Shown in pieces: positions 61,852 to 64,000 of a stretch of 64,000 bases of DNA. Within the stretch, counting starts at the first letter, position 1. Each line of letters starts with the position of its first letter. A program made the translations under genes and the position numbers. The DNA lies in the NCBI GenBank assembly GCA_977020255.1, contig CDROCS010003649.1, positions 62,001-126,000 on the forward strand. Reading direction: 5' to 3'. This stretch comes from Obrimoposthia wandeli. Its lineage: Eukaryota. The notes below the pieces were generated by a model. That model searched no databases and had not been told where the DNA came from. It worked only from the letters and a program-made list of their open reading frames with translations.

Positions 61852-62397
61852 TTACTTATCTAATTGTTTTAGGGCAAGTAATAATGCACAAATAGCACGA
61901 GATTCTGTGATCTCATCATTATCAAGGAGTTCACTAGCTCTCGCTAATGGCCACTTTATAATTTCGAGCGGTTCTGGTTCATCCCCTTCGCGTGATTCAG
62001 GGTATAAATCTTGCGCAAGGTAAATCTGCATATGAGCAGAAAAATAACTAGGGGCTAAATTAATTTCTTTAAGTAGCGTTAACGATTTAGCGCCAAACCC
62101 TATCTCTTCCATTAACTCTCGATTAGCAGCAAATAATGCGCTTTCACCTTTATCGATTGCGCCTTTCGGAAAACCAAGTTCATAGCGCTCAGTACCAACC
62201 GCATACTCACGGATCAAAATAAGATTATTGTCCGCATCAACAGGGACCATCATCACCGCGCCGTAACCACCGCCTTTCATTCTTTCGTAAGTACGCTCAA
62301 CACCATTAGAAAAACGCAATGCAACGGATTCAATTTTAAATAATCGACTTTGAGCAACGATGTTCGTGTTTAATATTTCGGGTTTTTGATGTGTCAT
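61852..62397 (-). CDS. nudE: ADP-compounds hydrolase NudE
   Basis: LRFSNGVERTYERM; Nudix box GAIDKGE...ANRELMEEIG. Confidence 0.93.
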   Translation of the reverse strand: MTHQKPEILNTNIVAQSRLFKIESVALRFSNGVERTYERMKGGGYGAVMMVPVDADNNLILIREYAVGTERYELGFPKGAIDKGESALFAANRELMEEIGFGAKSLTLLKEINLAPSYFSAHMQIYLAQDLYPESREGDEPEPLEIIKWPLARASELLDNDEITESRAICALLLALKQLDK

Positions 62398-62443
62398 TTT
62401 AATTTTGCATCCTTGTCATAACGCCACGCACTACATAACAATA

Positions 62444-63199
62444 TTATATCCGTCCGGCGTAATTAATCTTATATTCGCCTTTGGTATTTTCTTTACCAAT
62501 ATAGCGTAAATTACTGCGTAATGATTGAGGTAATTCGTCACTTGGTACTAATACAGCTGAAAGCGTGTACTTGCCTTTATTTTCTAATCTGGCGACACCA
62601 GATAGTTTTAACTGATTCGAGCTTTGCTTAATGTTAGCGACAATAGCACCGCCATCACAACTTAAAGTCGCAACCGCAGAATCGATCATTACGGTTCCCA
62701 ACAAAGATTCAACCTCTGCGTTAGACCAGCTTAATTGTCCATCTAGCTGCTGACACCAAGGTTGCCCCTGCTGATAATCTGCAATCGTTAATTTAACATT
62801 ACCTTTAGTCGTCACTGGCAATGGGACATTACTTGCATTCACAAGCCATTCAGAACTCGCTGTCGCGGTAAAATCTTGTGCATATACACCAGTGCTTGAA
62901 TAGCCGAGTTCACCATGACCACGTAAGCTATTTTTACCTCGCCCGAATTCAACGTTCACTTGAGCAGATCCTGTTAACAATGCTAATACTGAGGTATTCC
63001 AACGCACATCTTCTATGTCAATCTGGTTAAATGATACCCGTTGAGCCTCACCTCGCCATACAGTCCCTTCAACCTGGCTTATCGTCAGATTGGCGGGTAA
63101 CGGGACATAAGATAATGCGAATGACGCAGGTAGTGTACCAACAAGAAAGGTGCCATAAGCAGCGGTGACAAAACCTAACATTAAGAGTTTACTTCTCAT
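62444..63199 (-). CDS. gspN: Type II secretion protein N
   Basis: TLPASF...VEGTVWRGEA, CQQLDG, LSC; follows gspM. Confidence 0.88.
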   Translation of the reverse strand: MRSKLLMLGFVTAAYGTFLVGTLPASFALSYVPLPANLTISQVEGTVWRGEAQRVSFNQIDIEDVRWNTSVLALLTGSAQVNVEFGRGKNSLRGHGELGYSSTGVYAQDFTATASSEWLVNASNVPLPVTTKGNVKLTIADYQQGQPWCQQLDGQLSWSNAEVESLLGTVMIDSAVATLSCDGGAIVANIKQSSNQLKLSGVARLENKGKYTLSAVLVPSDELPQSLRSNLRYIGKENTKGEYKINYAGRI

Positions 63200-63669
63200 G
63201 TTCTTTTTCCTAACTGTAAGCGACGTACTTTAACCATGCCTTTCGTATCAGAGACACTCAAATCGATATTTTGGATCTCTATCGCATATTGCTTATTTAA
63301 CTTCTCTAGCCATGCAGTCAGTTGATTAAAATCGACATCATCAATCCATACTTGCAATGAGTCTGTTTTAGCTTGAATACGCGAGATCGCAATTTTATTA
63401 CGCGCTGCACTGCGACTAACAAGTTGATTCAAATCGCCGGTTTCAACACGAGCAACTTGCCCACCCTGTAACTCTGTAATTTTTTGCCCTAGCACTTTAA
63501 CGTCTGCTAATGTTTGGGTCTGTACATTCACTTTGCGCTGAGTATTCACAATATTATCTTGTAGCGGCTGCCACAGTAGCCAATAGCCACCAGCAAGCAG
63601 TAAAGTAGCGATTAATATGCTAATAAGTTGCTTTTCTTTTTGCTCTAATTGTTGCCAATGTGCTTTCAT
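63196..63669 (-). CDS. gspM: Type II secretion protein M
   Basis: WQQLEQKEK, YWLLWQPL, VWIDDVDFNQLTAWL. Confidence 0.92.
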   Translation of the reverse strand: MKAHWQQLEQKEKQLISILIATLLLAGGYWLLWQPLQDNIVNTQRKVNVQTQTLADVKVLGQKITELQGGQVARVETGDLNQLVSRSAARNKIAISRIQAKTDSLQVWIDDVDFNQLTAWLEKLNKQYAIEIQNIDLSVSDTKGMVKVRRLQLGKRT

Positions 63670-64000
63670 TTTTTACCCTTTATATCAAGCGTCCCCTGAA
63701 CGCGGCCATCACGCTGGCTTAGCGTCCCTTGATCGACTATAAACTGTGTTGATAGTGATGATTTAAATTTATCAAAAACTTGAAAATCGGTAGCACTAGC
63801 TTGTAATCGTAAAGAACCTTGCTTGGTATCAAATCGAACAGAAATAGGCTGAATACCCACGTTCTGCTTAAATGTAGGAGTTAATTGACTCAGCATCACT
63901 AAGAAACCCGTATTATCACCACCGCCACGTAAATCATTTAATCGGCTTTGCATTTGTTTTTTAACTAAACGTGTATTCAAACGCATTTTTTTCGGTTTAA
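63666..64000 (-). CDS. gspL: Type II secretion protein L, C-terminal part (continues beyond the window)
   Basis: Periplasmic domain FD...GSLRLQASATDFQVFDKFK; frame open to the window edge; overlaps the gspM start. Confidence 0.85.
   Translation of the reverse strand, partial: KPKKMRLNTRLVKKQMQSRLNDLRGGGDNTGFLVMLSQLTPTFKQNVGIQPISVRFDTKQGSLRLQASATDFQVFDKFKSSLSTQFIVDQGTLSQRDGRVQGTLDIKGKK

Overview
64 kb of core chromosome from a marine gammaproteobacterium. The 16S sequence resembles Moritella as I recall it; this was not checked against a database. In order, the window holds: mscS (5' end cut by the window); a TolC/HlyD/two ABC-2 permease efflux operon; prmA and dusB-fis; a four-lipoprotein operon (LPP20, LpoB-like, COG3014-like, LPP20); tsaD and rpsU-dnaG-rpoD; tRNA-Ile2(CAU). 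Next is an accessory catabolic island of about 11 kb (LacI regulator, HpcH aldolase, HisD/HpsN-like dehydrogenase, SDR, bicupin, alpha/beta hydrolase, three SnoaL-like proteins, Na+/solute symporter). After it come an MFS transporter, an RluA-family enzyme, an orphan receiver protein, yhdT-panF, a stand-alone Cache protein, yhfA/crp, argD, pabA, glnK-amt with a sigma54/NtrC promoter and a PKD lipoprotein. Then tRNA-Asp with two degenerate tRNA-Asp-like copies, two tandem rRNA operons on the minus strand, a membrane-anchored RRM protein, murI, btuB with a cobalamin riboswitch, trmA, yijD, fabR, cysQ, nudE and the end of the type II secretion operon (gspL partial, gspM, gspN). I saw no integrase, transposase or CRISPR array. 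The best leads are the catabolic island of unknown substrate, whose LacI gene seems to need an ATT start codon and which has three matching palindromic operators, and the two tRNA-Asp-like sequences with an insertion at the same position.
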